Source of the DNA: Ptychomitrium polyphyllum
Taxonomy: Eukaryota
Length of the DNA: 64,000 nt
Reading direction: 5' to 3'
Assembly: GCA_973851085.1 (NCBI GenBank)
Contig: OZ316776.1
Location: 2,294,001-2,358,000, forward strand
Below, piece after piece: positions 62,001-64,000 of this stretch; the first letter of the stretch is position 1, and each line of letters begins with the position of its first letter. A model generated the notes under the pieces. It saw only the letters and a program-made list of their open reading frames with translations, was not told the origin of the DNA and did no database searches. The translations under genes were made by a program, and so were the position numbers.

Positions 62001-63100
62001 CCAGACCCTTCGGTTTCACCCTCATCACATAGTCCTGCTGAGGCTATAGAACCGCTTCTGGGCCATGCCAACTTTTTCTTGGCATTTCTGTTTGATGAAC
62101 TGGATGCATTCCCATATCTTGGGTATAGTGAGGATGCTTGCCTAGGTGCATTCGCACGAAGGGACGCAAATCCAGGTTGCATCATCAGATGATTCTGTTT
62201 CTTGCAAACCAACCGAAGTCGGCAAGGACGTGGACAGGAAGACGATCAACTCGTTCTCAAGCACTTCAGGAGGTAAATCTCTCCGCATTCTCGACATGAT
62301 GGAGATTAAGTGCTTCCTCAATTTACTGAAAATCATTGAGACAGCTCGGGGTTACTCTTTAAGGGAAGGCTTAAGATCATCCCTCAGCTGAAAAACAGAT
62401 CGGCTTCACATTAGGGTTACCAAACTACACAGAATGTACACATGGCTCACCCATGCCTCATTTTCCTCTACGATACATTGTTGATGGAAATCTTTGAATA
62501 CAATCCGATATAAAGACTCTGAAATTAGATCTATAGAGTATTCAGGTTTCCCGTAACCATCGAACGCAAACGAAGGAAGGCTAAGGTCTTTGTAGTACCC
62601 TAAAACTCTTGCTTAGTTTCAACACGCAATGAACTATATCATAAACCTAGCCGCATACTGAGGGCCGGTGCTCAAGCCCTGCAATATCGCTGCAGAGAAA
62701 CCACTCATGACCCGATATATCTTTCCAAACTGTAAAAAGATATACCTCGTGAGGTAAACGTGTTGATGGCGGACTTCGTCTATCTAGCACCACTTGAAGC
62801 GCCACAAACGTCCAGCTAAGACTATCACGTCAAGCTCAGAGCTTAATGAAAGATGTACATTAAATTTACAATAAACAAAAAGATACAGATGCTTCCTCAC
62901 TAGCCCCTAACCATGTTGGTGATGGAACCCACCCGTTCAAACCAAATACTGAACGCAACATCGATGAGTTCCGACGACAGACAAACTCCGGAATCCAGAG
63001 TTGAAGACTTCCAATGCTGCGACGTCTAGGTTTTCATATCAGCCAACTTCCTTACCTCTTTGTAAAACGCACTCTCAATATCACCATGCCACAAGCGGAT
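59100..63100 (-). pseudogene. Putative decayed multi-exon gene of unknown family
   Basis: Minus-strand exon-like blocks with splice signals: GYYKDLSLPSFAFDGYGKPEYSIDLISESLYRIVFKDFHQQCIVEENEAW|gtgag (about 62600-62451) splices in frame to cag|LRDDLKPSLKE*PRAVSMIFSKLRKHLISIMSRMRRDLPPEVLENELIVFLSTSLPTS...CT*ASILTIPKIWECIQF (from 62387); further long but interrupted frames continue down to about 59100. Boundaries uncertain. Confidence 0.4.
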
Positions 63101-63827
63101 CACAGCACAAAGCTAATGATGGACCTTTAAGCTTAAAATTGCACGAATTTGCTGTGCATGCGAACGGTGGTTAAGTTATAGTGTTGAAAACAAAGGTAAT
63201 CACAGCTTTTTTGTTGTTTCCACCACTAAATACGCTAGATCGCAAGATGGTTGGCAGTAAATAACAACATTCAAAAGTAATCACTTGTTTTCGTCACTAC
63301 ACTAAATAGGTTTTTCAGTTCGTTCACCCAAACATCTACAAATGGCAATCTTTAGGAATCTAAAATCTACACAAATGCACTAAAATCATTGCGGCAAACA
63401 TCCTTTGGCCCCTCTACACCAAAACTGTATTTACTGATTAGGATTGTTCGTCCTCTCTGAATTGATCACTGCTAGTCTACACAGATTGTTGAAAATACAA
63501 GTTCTTGGACTGCACAGCTTTATGCCTTTCAGGCGATATTAAGACATACGTTTTGAATACAGACTCAATTGACCTTCTTCCCACAAATGTTACGATTCCA
63601 AAGGTGACTACAGCTTCAACTTCAACCGGTAATCACCCAAAAAATTGCAATTACCAAAAAAGACCAACGCATACTCTCATCGAGCTTAACGGATCCGAAA
63701 CTTGGATTCAGAGTTTCCAAAATTTACATGTTTATCAAAACTCAGAATCCTGGACGATTTAATCATCACACCGCAGCATCCCTAAACCCTAAGCTATGGA
63801 TATGAATCCGCTAATAATTGCAACACC

Positions 63828-64000
63828 TCACTGGCATCCGTCTCTAGTACAGGCGCCCGTCGGCGCATCTTTTGCTTCCGGCTTCCGGCTCTTGACAGCC
63901 ACCTCAAAAGCCTCCAGAAAAGCCTCCGAAGGCTGAGCACCCGAAATCTGGTACCGCCCGTCGATCACGAAGTGCGGCACGCCCGAGACTCCCCGACGGA
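63828..64000 (-). CDS. DsbA/FrnE-like thiol-disulfide oxidoreductase, 3' end only (runs off the window)
   Basis: Minus-strand frame RRGVSGVPHFVIDGRYQISGAQPSEAFLEAFEVAVKSRKPEAKDAPTGACTRDGCQ*. GVSGVPHF (cis-Pro loop) and ISGAQP are DsbA_FrnE signatures. Stop at 63830-63828. Confidence 0.88.
   Translation of the reverse strand, partial: RRGVSGVPHFVIDGRYQISGAQPSEAFLEAFEVAVKSRKPEAKDAPTGACTRDGCQ

Overview
Eukaryotic land-plant genomic DNA, most likely a moss (inferred from an ORS-type type III polyketide synthase, GC-rich gene islands among very AT-rich decayed-transposon spacers, and GT-AG introns). One 100-N scaffold gap lies at 26095-26194. I rebuilt spliced gene models by hand for: mitochondrial dihydrolipoamide dehydrogenase (+), a type I metacaspase with an LSD1-type zinc finger (+), an endonuclease III/NTH-like HhH-GPD glycosylase with a 4Fe-4S motif (+), a C4C4 (NOT4-type) RING protein (+), an ORS-like type III PKS (-), an intronless EMC8/9 homolog (+), a 22-exon LRR receptor-like kinase (-) and the 3' end of a DsbA/FrnE-like oxidoreductase (-). 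There is also a frameshifted L-type lectin receptor kinase pseudogene, two decayed gene-like regions of unknown family, a Gypsy pol relic and LTR-like relics. I see no clear multi-gene novel system. The best leads are the FrnE-type C-terminal CX4C tail, the atypical VDTN motif in the NTH-like enzyme, an intronic hairpin that buries a decoy 5' splice site in the LRR-RLK, the Cys-rich LRR-RLK ectodomain and the unassigned decayed genes. Family calls rest on motif recognition from memory; no database search was run.
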